Positions 26,941 to 40,650 of a DNA stretch of 64,000 bases are shown here, piece after piece (within the stretch, counting starts at the first letter, position 1; the number at the start of each line of letters is the position of its first letter). Under the pieces are notes generated by a model. It saw nothing but the letters and a program-made list of their open reading frames with translations, searched no databases and was not told where the DNA came from. This DNA is from Octopus vulgaris (taxonomy: Eukaryota), in assembly GCA_951406725.2 (NCBI GenBank), contig OX597826.1, positions 36,270,001 to 36,334,000 of the forward strand, read 5' to 3'. Both the position numbers and the translations under genes were made by a program.

Positions 26941-27559
26941 CATACATACATACATACATACATACATACATACATACATACATACATACATACATACATA
27001 CATACATACATACATACATACATACATGCCACAGCCTCAAGTCTGAGACATATAAAATTCAATTTATTAACATTTTGTAAAATTCTCTGTAACCTACAGT
27101 TGTTTCAATAGTTATTAAAAATTAAAAACTTGCATCTTGAAATAGCGAGTTAAATATTTCCTCAGGATGAGAATCTGACATAAATCAGAATCACATCTAA
27201 AACTAACGGATGCTGGTCAGCAGACTCGATATGACAAAAGTGCTTGCATGTGCAGTGTGCATGTTAATATTAAAAAAAAAACTGTTATACATTTTTGCCT
27301 CTTGTTTATATTTATGTGTGCGTCAAAATAATTTGCGCTTGTGCGTGTTAATAATAAAAAAGCGTTGCTTGTGTATCATATTTTATTTATATTTCATATG
27401 TGCATATGTGTGTTAATATGTTTGATCATGTGATAGAACTGAAAACGACAAACTTACTACAGTAAAACTTACATCAAATGAGGAAATTTTTAATAATTAT
27501 GTAGATTATTATAACCTGGCACTTATGAAAGCTGGTTAAAAAACACAATTTTAAATATT

Positions 27560-28870
27560 GCAAACCGAACAATAAGTACTGTAATAGGAATAACTTGGAT
27601 AAATTTGGATAAATACTATAAGAAAAATAAGTTTTAAGAAATATACACGAAACAGCAATAAAATGGAATTAGTGAACAAAACTTGAACCAGATGAACAAT
27701 ACTAATACGGAGCAAGTAAATATTAAATTTAATCATAAAAGCAAAGGACCAAAATCTATCTAAAACAGTAATAATTCTGAATACAAAAATGAAATAATAA
27801 ATAAGACAGAAGTCAAGAAAGCAGACGGAACTCAAGACCTTGATAATAATATTCATAAGAATAAGATAAAATAAAAAGGCGTACTCCATTTATAAATGAT
27901 ATTAACCCAGAAATAGATAATTTTAATAAAAATTCTAATAAAGTCAATATTATATGGTTTATAATTCCGTTTGCTAAATAAATTAAGAGTAGTAAAGATT
28001 TTTGCCAACATAACATGGCAGTCCTGGTTTAGGACGAATGTTGCTGTAATTTAGCCCCAGGAGACATCGTCTCCAGATTCCCTCTGTCGTATAGCCAGCT
28101 GGAGACGATGTCTCTTGGGGCTAAATCACAGCAACATTTATCCTAAACAAGGACTGCCATGTTATGATTGGCAAAAATCTACTCTAAAGTACTGTTGCTG
28201 AATATCTCTTGTTGCGAGATTTAAAAATACTAATTTCCAAATTAAGAGTAATTTAATTAAATTCTTTTATAGAGTGGTTTCCAAGTAAGGAAAATAAATA
28301 TAATGAAATAATTAACACAGATTTAGAGAGATTTGGTTTCTCTGTCTCTCTTAATGTTTCTCAGATTATTTTTTCACTGAATAACCAGAATTCGAACTCT
28401 CTCTATAACGGTAGAAATAAATCACATAACAACCTAAATTTTCCAAATTCTAATGAACGTCAAATTAGATCTCACAGTAGGGAAAGGAAGGGGACCCAAG
28501 TATACTACCAATTTAAACATAGAATTATGAAGAGAAAATTTAACGCTAAGGATAAGATTGAACACTAAAGATAAGATTGGTATTGATTACAGATTTATTG
28601 AAAAAGATAAAAATACTCATTGTGATTGTAAATTTAAAGATAAATGTAAGCTTAATAATTTTTGTAGACTGAAAGATGTTGTATATAGATGCAAGATAGA
28701 AAACGATGGACTAAATTACTATGACATTGGATCCACGTCAAATTTTATTGAATGTAGATTCGCCAACCACGAAAACACATCTAGAAACAAAAATAGATCA
28801 AACTCCACCAGTCTTAGTAAATTTATTTGGGAATTAAAGGACAAAAATGGGGATTTATGTTTGATTTGAC
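27560..28870 (+). mobile_element. Penelope-like (Naiad-type) thumb/linker plus GIY-YIG endonuclease fragment
   Basis: NIIWFIIPFAK*IKSN..WFPSKENKYNEIIN. ORF 28558-28869: CDCKFKDKCKLNNFC..VVYRCKI..YDIGSTS..RFANHE..NSTSLSKFIWELK. The 5' boundary is approximate. Confidence 0.85.
27992..28238. mobile_element. 247-bp foldback insertion with ~12-bp target-site duplication
   Basis: aaattaagagta at 27980-27991 and 28239-28250. Inverted arms 27996-28076 / 28099-28180. Confidence 0.85.
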
Positions 28871-30746
28871 ATATTTGTAGGTGGTTTGTCCTTGTCGTTT
28901 ATTTTCACAGAGTATTTCTTCATATGACTTCTGCTGTTTCTGTTTCGCAACCTCACTTCTTGATTTACATGTTTCAGTTCACTGAGCCCTCTCCATACCT
29001 TTCTGTGCTCAAAGCATCGCTCCTCCACTTACACCCAAATGGAAAGTCAGCAAATTGCTGTCTAATGCTGGAACCATAAAAATGCACCAAATGTGTGCTC
29101 TGAAGCCTTTAGCAAATGAGCAGAAAATGCACAGGGTTCTGTATTTAGCTTCTTTAATGTTGGTGCCATGAGAAAAGGCTCCGAGTCAAAGTGGTTAGCA
29201 ACAGGAAGAGCATCCAGTTGTTGAACCCTAGCCAAAATGTCCTGAATGAGCACCAAACAATGTGAACAGAAACTCTTAATAGCACCATAATTTGGACAGT
29301 ATGGAAAATGTATGAAAATGATGATGGTGATGGGGAGGAGGAGGAGGAGGATCATGATGACAATGATGTGGTGACAGCGTTGATGTTGGTGGTGGTGATG
29401 AAGATGATGATCATGACCATGATAACAATGATAGTGATAATAATGCTGATGCTGGCACTGCTGCTGCTGATGACGATGATGATAAAGATGTTGTTGATGA
29501 TGATGATGATGATAATGATGATGACAAGATGATGATAGTGATGATGATGACTGTGAGGATAATGATGGTGAGGATGATGATATTAGTGATTACATTGATA
29601 AGGATGACGGCAATGACTACGACAACAATGGCAACGGTGATGACTGTGATGACAGCAATGATGGTGATGATGACGATTCCATATCGCTTTTAAGCCCTGT
29701 TTTTATCATTCGTATTCTTCTTCTCCAGATGACATATGTCACTTTTACAGAGCCAATGCACCAGTTATAATATATCTCTCGCAGTAAAGCTTTTATATCA
29801 TTAAATATTGTTAAATGTCGTTAAATATTGTTCTTTAACCAATAATTTCTTCGTAGTTTTCCTCTTATTGTGACGGACACTCTCAGCAGAAGAATGTAAG
29901 TCTTTGTGATGGAGTTGAATCTTTTGAGAGGCCACCATATGTGACATTCACATAACATGCATTTCCTTACATGATTCCATTAAATTCCCACCACAGCATG
30001 GCTTCTAAATGCTGGGCTGGCAGGTATTTTGTTTGTTTCTGAATGTATGTAATTGCTCCTGGATGATTATAGATTGTGGAAAAATCTTTCCATTTGCAGG
30101 CCCCCTTTGTATGTATCTTTGCTATGGTTGTCACACACTGTTATTTGTCATAGCAAAACATTACATTCTGCGAAGAATCACAACAAGCAAGATATAAAAT
30201 AATTGTTAGTTGTACCTGTGGATCCAAATACCAGCAACAATAACTACTAGCTTTATTAATATTGCTCCCGGGAATCAGTATTGGATTTGTTTCCCCTCCT
30301 TTCTTCACAGATCACTGAGTCAGTATCCGTGTTGTCATTCAGTATGTTGTTCTCTTTGCAATTTTTTTTTTTTATTATTGTCATCATCAGCATCATATTC
30401 ATCATCATTATTGTTATTAGTTGTTGTAGCAATTGTAAAAATGTCAGCAGGGAGGTAATATTAAGCAATGTTATGTTTTTGTTTCTCTCTTAAATTTTTA
30501 AAGCAAGTTCCTGTTTAGATCCTCTCCTTCCTGTTACCAAACTTTAATTTTGAAATGAACAACAGTGAAAAAAATTATAATGGATGGAGAGAAACAGCAG
30601 CAACAAAAGGCTACATTGATGATGATGATGATGAAGATGGTGGTGGTGGTGGTGGTGGTGGTGGTAGTGGTGGTGGTAATAATAATAGTAATAACAAAAG
30701 GTGAGACTTGGAGTCAACTTGTACAAATACAAAGCAAAAGTCAAAC

Positions 30747-30836
<90 letters not shown>

Positions 30837-31938
30837 TAATAAAATATAACCATCCATAAAATCTACAATAAATGTTATAAGATTAATAAAAACTTAATAA
30901 AAAGAAACATGAAAACTGATTTAATAAAGACTGCAATGTGTACAACTAACACCAATTTTGTGTATTACATGGGATTAATATGCACAAACTATATCATTGA
31001 CATAAAATACAACATTGTACATAAATGAAGTAATCATGTGGGATAAGCAACACTGGCTAAAATTAAGTTTTCAATAGAAAGAAAACAAAAGGAAACAATC
31101 TTGGTAACTACAATTGATATTTGTATTTCATATGAATTCCATGCAATTATTTCACATATAAAATATTGTTTAAATATTGCACACATATGAAAATGAGGTA
31201 GAAATATTTGCTTAAGACAATGAATCAGGATAAAACAGATTTTTATTTATGCATAAAGCATAAGTAAAAGATTTCAGTAGAAACCAGGGATACTTCTTTT
31301 ATATTATATAAATTCCCTGTGTTATTACACATGTGATATATTGTTTAAACAGCTCATGTAAAGAGACAAATTAATTCAGATTGAGAATGTTAGATTAGAT
31401 ACAGTCTGTGAAGTCAGGGATTTCGATTAGAACACTCTCTACATATTCTCAAGTGTACATGAAACTGGAAAATTAAAAAAGAAAGATTCTACATACGTAG
31501 AAAACCGAACTCAATGCTAATCTAGAAAACTGAACTCAATGCTAAAAATAAGATAATAGGTATAAATACACTTGTTAGAAACTCCAACTGCAACATCATA
31601 AGCTGGAAGTTAAGGGAACTGGTGTTTGTGGAAAGAAAACTGATAATGGTCTAAAGTTATCACTGCTAAACTGAATATATCTTCACTATGTGTAACGATA
31701 ACGCAGTATGATAAAAATAGATAAGTACTACAAAATAACAATAGTGGAACTAGAAAAATATATTAGACGTAAACAATGGAAAATAACAAAGAAAAATGTA
31801 AAAACCCAAAACTCTTTGCATTGTTTATAAAAAAGTAATGGAATAAAAACTGGAAACTAAGTGCAGGAAGAGAAAAATATTAGATAAAGGCAAAACAATA
31901 ATGTTATAAAAAGGAACAAAAAAAAAATTAAATATATC

Positions 31939-32146
31939 TTAACCCTTTAACATTTAAACCAGCCATATCCAGCACAAATGTTCTGTTTCATGTTCAAAGT
32001 GGCCTAGTCTGACCTCTCACACCTACTCTACAATGTCATTCTAAAATTAAATAATCACATCATTGTAATCTTGAAGCTTTGAGATAGTGCATGATTAATG
32101 CAAAAGTATTACATTTGGCAGATTAACCAGAAGGCTAAAGGATTAA
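31939..32146. mobile_element. piggyBac-type MITE
   Basis: TTAA-cccttta ... taaagga-TTAA ends. A second diverged copy lies at ~40211-40650. Confidence 0.65.
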
Positions 32147-32956
32147 TGAAAATATTGTAAGGAAAGCAACTCTATTGCTAATAATACTCTGTAAAGCACA
32201 ACAGATGTGAGGCAAATCAGAATAATTCAACAGTAACCAAATGGATTTGGTCTACAAACATTACACTGCCAGAAAGGCAACCCTACTCAACACAGCTCAT
32301 CTCCTATAAAATACAAATTAAGTTCACTAATGAATATAGCTGTTGGTCAAGTTTGATCATGCATTTTTATATATATATGTTGTCGATTGCCTCAAAATGT
32401 GGAGTAGAGGAACAGCCAACAACTGATGAACGGTCATTCTTTATGCTACTTGTCTTGGAACAAAAAGATTAATAGGACTGCTATAGAAGTGCTCTACTGA
32501 AAGAGACAAAAATATCAAACTAAAGTCATTGAACAAACAAAGGCATCTTTTACTTGAATAATTATTTAATAAGATTTCTAAACGATGAACTTTTATTTTA
32601 TTTACATGATATATATTATATATTTTTTATATGCTCCTATATGTATATATATATATTTTATATATTTTTATATACCTTTATATTTTTATATATTACTTTA
32701 TATTATATTTTTACTTTCTAGGTTTTCTTTAAAAAAATGTATTTTTCTGAATCGCTAAAATATTAACTCTAAACTGTGACGAAAAAATTTTTTTTCTCGC
32801 ACCTTATTATTATTATATGCTTGTATGCTTGTACAGATGAATTATGTTCCATCTTGCAGGATGTTTATATGTATATTCTATGATTAAATGTTCGATTTAT
32901 GAAATGATATGCAGATGACCTTGCCTTTGTTTGTTCAATAACTTTAGTTTGATATA

Positions 32957-33011
<55 letters not shown>

Positions 33012-33504
33012 GTAAGTATGTACATATATTTATGTATATATGCATATATATGTTTATATTTAATTTATATTATGTGTGTGTGTGTGTGTGTGTGTATAAG
33101 CAAGCCTAGGCAAGGGCAAGATTGCTCTTAAGGAATATTGGCTATTGTCTATGCAAGGTAGTCTACCTTCTTTATGCCACAGGTGTTTATCCAAGAGAAA
33201 GGTCACTAAACCCAATTAAACTGATATAGCTTGGCACCAGTCGAGGTGCCGATGTTGCTGTCAGAACATAAAGACATGGAATCAATACCACAATACATCA
33301 TCTTATCTGACCCATTAATAATTCTACCAATCCAATACCCTGGCTTGTTTATTTTGTTTTTTATCAAACCCAAAAGTTGACCTCATCAGGACTTGAACTC
33401 AGAATGGAGAGAGGACAAATACTACAAGGTATTTCTATGCTCCAATCCAACAACTCTTCCTCTTCATCACTTTTAGATTTAATACCTCAACTCAAAGCAC
33501 ACAT

Positions 33505-33760
33505 CCTCTCTGCATAGCCTATACAGTAAACATGTTCCCTCTACATACCTCACAGCTTATACAAGAAACATAGCCTCTGTGTCTACCACATAGCCTATAC
33601 AATAAACATACTCTCTGTATATATTACTCAACCTATACAATGACCATACCTCATAGCTTATACAATAACCATACTCTTAGTACATACCACAAAGTCTATA
33701 CAATGACCATACTCTCTTTACATACCATATATATTCTATACAGTAACTACCCAGTATAAC
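33505..33760. repeat. Degenerate ~35-bp minisatellite (catagcctatacaataaacatactctct-like)
   Basis: Recurring agcctatacaat/agcttataca units. Confidence 0.6.
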
Positions 33761-34182
33761 ACAACTCACACAACACTCTACTGAATCACCACCAAACACT
33801 ATAGCACAACAGCATGTACTCCCAACAGTTGCTGTACACTTAATTAACACAACGCATGCTTGTACATAAGAAATAGCAGACATTATATCAACAACAATAA
33901 CATACTACAACCCACACAACACATTATGTATGGAATCAACATGGAAGATTACAACACAACACATACAACAATCAGAGTACAAGAAAATAATTCAACATGT
34001 ACTCTTATGTAAATAAATGGCTAACACCACTTTGAGCTCTACAATGTCAACACCATTTAATATACTACAGCTCACACAACTCATACTGAATAAAATTACT
34101 ATCAAATGCTAGAACACAGCACTCACAATAATCATATTAAAAAAATGCCTCGACATACACTCACAACAATCACCATATAGGT

Positions 34183-34612
34183 GCAGGCATGGCTGTGTGG
34201 TAAAAAGTTTGCCTCTCAACCATGAGGTTCTAGTTTCAATCCCAATGCATGGGTCTTTGGGCAATTGTCTTCTACTATAACCTCAGGGCAATCAAAGCCT
34301 TGTGAGGGGATTGGGTAGACAGAAACTAAAAGAAGCTTCTCATGGCGGTGCCCCAGCATGGCCACAGCTCATGAGCTGAAACTAGAATCAATCAATCAAT
34401 CATATATATTTATGTGTGTGTCCGCATTTGTTCCCCACCACTGCTTGACAACCGGTGTTGGTACATTTACGTCCCTGTAACTTAGAAGTTTGGCAAAAGT
34501 GATTCAAAAGGATTTTAAAAAAAAGTACTGAGGTTGATTTGCACAACTAAAATTCTTTGAGGTGGTGCCCCAGCATGGCCGCAGTCTAATGACTGAAACA
34601 AGTAAAAGAGAG
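34183..34612 (+). mobile_element. SINE family A with nested tail-only insertion at ~34343-34402
   Basis: Family A head and tail, interrupted by ggcggtgccccagcatggccacagctcatgagctgaaactag(aatc)n. Confidence 0.75.
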
Positions 34613-35283
34613 AAGGTATAGTAAAGTATCATAACACGTGTTCTTACATAACCCCTGGCCAATGCTACATCAGCAGCAACTTCCACGCTCAATGGTCAAC
34701 ACTAATGAACATCTCACCACCCACGCACACTTCACAGTCACTGTCAGACGCTGAATCATGCAACATCATATGAAGTACAAACAACAACCAATAAAACAAC
34801 ACAACACACACATTGTATATACTCCACTTAACAGACAAAACATTTAAAATAACACTTGAAAAACCAAAGCAAAAATTCCATGAATAAACGGAAAACAAAC
34901 TTCAAATCCCATAACAAAACATGGCTAATGTACTTTGCAAACAGACTCCTACGATCCCAAAACACAACGTCACATATGTGTCTGGAAGACGGAGGTGTGT
35001 TTAGTAGTGGTTCTGTGGAAACGTAAAATTGCTGGAAAAATATAATACAATCAACAAATATATACATACAAATTAAGTAAATAAACAAACAAATAAAATA
35101 ATGTAAACTGCAATAAATAATCAAATCTTGTGAGTTGCCTGTTTTATTAGAATTGGTCCCTTTTAGAATGGTTTTAATGGAATATTATTAGTTTATTTGA
35201 AACAACGCTTTCAGCTTTGGCAAGAACGTAAAATAAAAATCACTTTATCCTTCTAGTTTCTTTGATCTCGGGAATTGTTTGGT

Positions 35284-35302
35284 CATTATTATTATTATTA
35301 TC

Positions 35303-35355
<53 letters not shown>

Positions 35356-35356
35356 C

Positions 35357-35415
<59 letters not shown>

Positions 35416-35456
35416 CGTTATTCTTCTTCTTCTTCTTCTTCTTATTCTTATTATTA

Positions 35457-35511
<55 letters not shown>

Positions 35512-35551
35512 CGTTATTATTATTGTTGTTGTTGTTATTATTATTGTTATT

Positions 35552-35611
<60 letters not shown>

Positions 35612-35680
35612 GTTATCGTCATTATTGTTATTATTATTATAATCATCATCTTCATCATCATCATCATCATCGTTATTATA
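35284..35680. repeat. (ATT)n compound microsatellite
   Basis: Directly visible. Confidence 0.95.
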
Positions 35681-36394
35681 TTTCGTCTGTTGGGGATTGA
35701 ATCCCATTTTGTAAACGGTGTTTTTTTTCCTGGTTAAATGAGACATCAGCAATGTAGAGTAAGGTGGGCACTTGAGATTGGAATGGTTCAGCAGATTTAG
35801 AAGGAACCTAGGAAGAACTAATGTCCCTTGGTTCAATAAAAAAGAATAAAAAATGCCATACAAATGATTTTTAATTGGTCACCTGGTCATGTAATCAGCA
35901 GAAATGACAGGGGTACAGGGGTAGGTAACCCATTGCAATTCCAATTGAAGTCCAGCCTGCAGTCCATCCCGACTGATTCAACAGTTCACTTCCATCATTG
36001 CCATTAGTATTAACAGTTTTATGTTCATCACTGTTTACAATTTTCTTCCATTAACCATTAAAATGTTGCCATTTATCGGAGAAAAAAACAAGAAATCTAG
36101 AATGACAGAGATGCTCAAACAGTTGCAAGAGATATGATGGCAGGAGGGTTGGGGTAGTAAAGCCCTAAAATCATATGCTACCAGACCAGAGGTAACAGGT
36201 TCAAATGGGTATGTTTCTCAGGTTATTTGGTAAATATTTAAGGAATGAAAATGCAGTGATAGTAGTGGAAGGGCTTAGTTGTTCTTCAAAGCAGAAACTG
36301 CCATCTAGCGGTGATCCAGATAAGATAAATTATAAATTGTTTACCTTGGAATGCATTGAGGTTGTGAGATGTTAGTATAGATAAATGGCTGATA

Positions 36395-38150
36395 GACAGC
36401 AAGCTGGCAGAACTGTTAGCATGCTGGGGAAAATGCTTAGCCACATTTCAGCTGTCTTTACATTCTGGGTTCAAATTCTACCTTGGTCAGCTTTTACATT
36501 GTCAATAAGATAAGCACCAGTAGAGCACTGGGGTTGATGTTATTGACCAGCCCCCACCCAACAACCCCAAAATTACTGGCCTTGTACCAAAATTTGAAAC
36601 CAATATACATAAATGGCAGGGTGGAAATGAGAAGAGAGAAAACCAGAATATGAGAGGAATCAGAGTTTGGGGGAGAAGATGCCAAAAGAAAGAAAGACTA
36701 AGGAATATTTGGGAAGAAGTGGTGATAGCTTATCTCAAGAAGCTGACTTTCAGACAAGGAGAAGGATGTCATTGAAGATGATGATGTGGAGGAGGGTGAC
36801 GATTTTGATGATGATGTTGATGAGGAGGATGATGACAACAATGATGAAGATGGTCATGACAATACTGATGATGATGATGATGATGATTCTTACAATGATG
36901 AAGATGATGAAAATAAGTATGATAAAGAAGACTAAGATGATCGTGACGACAACAATAATAATGGGGACAATGATAAAGATGATGATGATGATGTACGAAG
37001 CCTAGCTGAAAAGTATAGGGCATGAAAAATGGGGAATAACCTTGCAATAAAGTTACTGTTAAAATGGTGAGTTTTGAACAAAAAAATGTTTACTGAAATA
37101 TCAGAGAGTCTTCCAAATGAAGCTGAATTCGAATGTTGCCAAAGTCAATTTTGTCTTTCATCCTTTCAGGGTAAAAAAAAAATAAGAAGAAGAACCAGTT
37201 GAGCATTGAGGTTGATGTAATCGTCTTAGCCCCTCCCCTAAAATTGTTGGCCTTGTGCTCACATTTGAAACCAGTAGTTTAGTTCTAGGACAAAGCAATG
37301 AGCTGCCAGAATCATTAACAAAGTGCTGAGAGGCATTTTGTCTGTCTTTATGTTCTGTGTCTTAATTCCAATGAGGTCGATTAAATAAATACAAGTCAAG
37401 CCCTGGAGTCAATTACATCGACTTATCTTCCCCAACAAAAAAAAAAAAAAAAAGATTGCTGGCCAAAATTCGATCCATTAAATGTAGATCCATGTTTAAT
37501 CAATACTGAAGAATATTGAAGTCCTGACAATCCATGTTTATTTTACAAGATCGTCTGCTGAATCATAGGAATTAAAACCAAATTACCATTAGTTTCAGAA
37601 CAATCAGGAATTTATCTGAAGGATGCCTGGTATATTTTGCAGTTTAGGGAATTGTATAGCAGAAGAATGGCTAATATGTGGAATTGTATAGCAGAAGAAT
37701 GGCTAATATGTGAAATTTGTTGTTATTATTCTTTTAACCATTTGCTGGAAGATTTGGTTGAACACTGGAAATGAAAGCTTTGTGCTATTATTTGTCCTAG
37801 TTCTTAAGATTCTGAGTTCAAATCCTGCTGAGGTCAGTTTTGCTTTTCATCCCTTCAGAGTTAATAAAATAAAGAGCCACTCAAGGACTGTGGGTCAGTG
37901 ATATCAACTAAGTCCTCCTCACAAAATTATTGTTCTGTTACCAAAATTAGGCACCTTATAAACTGGCAGAATTGGTAGAGCATCAAAGGAAAATGCCTTG
38001 CAGTATTTGTTCAGGCTATATAGTCTGTGAGTTCGAATTCCTTTGTGGTCAACTTTGTCTTTCATCCCTCCAGACTTGATCAAATTAAGTACCAGTCATG
38101 TCGTGGGGTTGATTGGGTCAACTAAATCCTTCCTCTCAAAATTGCCGATC
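36395..38150 (+). mobile_element. Cluster of five decayed SINE family B copies (~36395, 37125, 37280, 37805, 37960)
   Basis: Repeated gctggcagaa..ttagc / gagttcaaat / tttcatccttt / aagtaccagt motifs. Confidence 0.6.
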
Positions 38151-40210
38151 AAGTTTCTATATTTGTACAGAAGCCATCCTTAGGCATCAATTCCAAGAAC
38201 TTTCATATTGCTTTCAAATTCCAGCACAGCCATGCTAACACCTTTACATGGATCATTGGAAATAATAACATGTTATGGTTTGTGTTTATCAGGATTGTTT
38301 TGTGGGGGGGGAATTTAATTCCCATCCATCAAACCCAGTTCTTATTTCATTCCCAAATTTCATTCATCGATTTGTATCAAATTCTTAATTCACTGTGAAT
38401 GGGTTGTAAATGGGTCTTTATTAAAATTGAATAAAGTCTCCCATAGTCTTTAGAAGTTTACTGGGGCCTTAACAAAAACTTCATGTTTATGTGTTTTGTT
38501 GATCCCTATCAAAATGTTCAAGTTACCTGGAATGCATAAATCAATATTGTGAGACTTTATTAAAATCGAAAGAGATGTTCCGTAATTTTGGGGAGTTTAA
38601 CTGGACCTTAATAAAAGCTTCGTGTTTATGGATTGCTTCATTAAGTGATTAAACCTTCTGAAGACTCTTCCCATCCAAGTGGATGACTTCAGTTAAACTT
38701 ACATTTTTCTGATAAAGATGAAGCACATCTTCAAGAGAAAGAACCTGGCTACTGATACATCATATTGAGAACTTTCTGATGAAGAACTAACGAAGCTGGC
38801 CAGAGAAAACAAAATCAGTCGGAATCTTACAGTCTCGTTGGGTTGTCCACTTAAGGTAAAAAAAAAAAACACAGATTTTAAAATGACTTCAGACAACCTA
38901 AACTAAAAATAAATATTTCTACTTGTGTTAGTCTTCGATGTTGGACACTTTTGATGTCAGGTCGGAACAAGACTGGAAACGCAACTGTGCTTAATAGGGG
39001 AGTGGCAAGATGGGAAGGGGAGGGAGAGAGAGAGAAAGAGAGAGAGAGAGTAAAAAAGAGTGTGAAAAAATAAACATAATAAAGAGAGAAGTTAAGAGGG
39101 ATAAAGAGAGAAATGAGATGGAAAAAGAAAAAAGTAAGATAGAAAGCAAAAGAAAGAGAGAGGAGGAAGAGGAATGAAGCAATTGAAGACAGAGAAAGAA
39201 GGGGAAGAGAGAGAGGTTTATAATAGAAGGAGAGCAAATGGGGAAGGGCAGGGGGGGAATAAGAGAAAAGATTGTGATAAGAACGAGGAATAGAATGAAG
39301 GAAATTCAATGAGGCAAAGAGAAGGTGGCAAGAATAGAAATAGAAAGAGTTTGTAAAAGAGTGAATGAGAGAGAGAGAGAGAGAATTAAAGAAAGTTAAG
39401 AAGAGAGATTGAGAAAGATTTAAAATTCAATTTGCTAATAATATATTTTTGTGTGTTGAGGAAGGGGTAGTGAGTGGGGAGGTAATTGAATAAAAAAAAA
39501 ACCAACAGTTGAAGATCATCTGTTTGTCAGAATAAATTCTTGCTTTACGAAAGGCCAATTAACTATCTTATTGATGAAATGATTGGACAAACATTGCTTA
39601 ACATGGCGTATAAAAGCCCACCAGACGAGAAATATTTTGGTAACCCATTTAGTTAAAATAAAATAGATAATAACAATAAAAAAAAGACCATCAACAAAGA
39701 ACACTTTAAGAAACTTAAGTAAACATTATTAAAAGACAAAAAAGAGAAAAAAAATTAAAAGCAACGAAAAGATTTGCACTAATTAAAGTTTAGTGAAAAA
39801 AATCCAGCAAAGATCTTGGCATTCAAAGTCAAATATAATTGTTGTATTTTGTTTAGGTTCAAGGTAGGAAAATCTTTTATTTAGGTAGGAAGGTCTTTCA
39901 TTTAGATTTAGGTGAAGGATAAAGGAGAATTCCTGACATTCTAAAATGGCATTAGAACTATAATTGAAGTGAGATGATTTTTAATTTCACAATCAAAACA
40001 TTCTTTGAAGTCATTTGCACTATTGTTATTTAGTTCTTCAAATTCTGTAGTTGATTTTAGCCAATAGAGCTTAAGCCATGCTGAAGCTGCACCTCAAATG
40101 TTCAACAAAGTTAAACAAAATATGGATCTGTTATAGAGATTTTGCACTATTTATTTGGTGGAACTGATTGTCCTGAACCTTGGTTAAAATCTAGCATACA
40201 GTTAGTTTTT

Positions 40211-40650
40211 TAAAAACTTTTACCTATTAAACCAACCATACTTAACCAAAATGTTCTTTCTGTTTATATCCAAAGTGACCAGATCTGACCCCTCACACCT
40301 GCCCTACAATTTCAGTCTAAAAATCAACAATCAACAAGCTTACGGCCATATCATGTTGAAAGCACCGGTTCTTGTCCGATCACCGAAGTTAAGCAATGTT
40401 AGTACTAGTTAGTACTTAGATGGGTGACCGCTTGGGAAACCTAGGTGCAGTAAGTGTAACATATCGTTTTGAATGGCAGTGCCCCAGCATGGCCACAGCT
40501 CATGAGCTGAAACTAAATGAAAATGAAAAAATGAAAATGAATCACATCATTTAAATCCCAAAGCTATGAAATAATGCATGATTAATTTAAACCAATGTGA
40601 ATAAATAAACATTGGATTTGACAGAGTAATCTGAATGCCGAAAGACTAAG
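40211..40650. mobile_element. piggyBac-type MITE interrupted by the 5S chimera
   Basis: Flanks align with 31939-32146 and rejoin at aatca (40329-40333 / 40540-40544). Confidence 0.6.
40338..40455 (+). pseudogene. 5S rRNA: Full-length 5S rRNA-derived copy (head of a retroposed chimera)
   Basis: gcttacggccatatcatgttgaaagcaccggttcttgtccgatcaccgaagttaagcaa...ttagtacttagatgggtgaccgcttgggaaacctaggtgcagtaagt, 118 nt. Solitary, with several substitutions. Confidence 0.9.

Noticed and set aside
28558-28869. Selenoprotein-type Naiad PLE (UGA at Cys positions plus SECIS)
   Set aside because: The Cys motif codons are TGT/TGC, and the element is truncated before any 3' UTR; no SECIS seen.
37649-37712. 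32-bp perfect tandem duplication (and a 23-bp one at ~31499-31545)
   Set aside because: Ordinary local slippage; no further structure.
38776-38820. CTGATGA...GAAA hammerhead candidate
   Set aside because: Stem II and stem III do not pair.
40338-40455. Functional 5S rDNA repeat unit
   Set aside because: Solitary, substituted, attached to a retroposon tail and inserted in a MITE.
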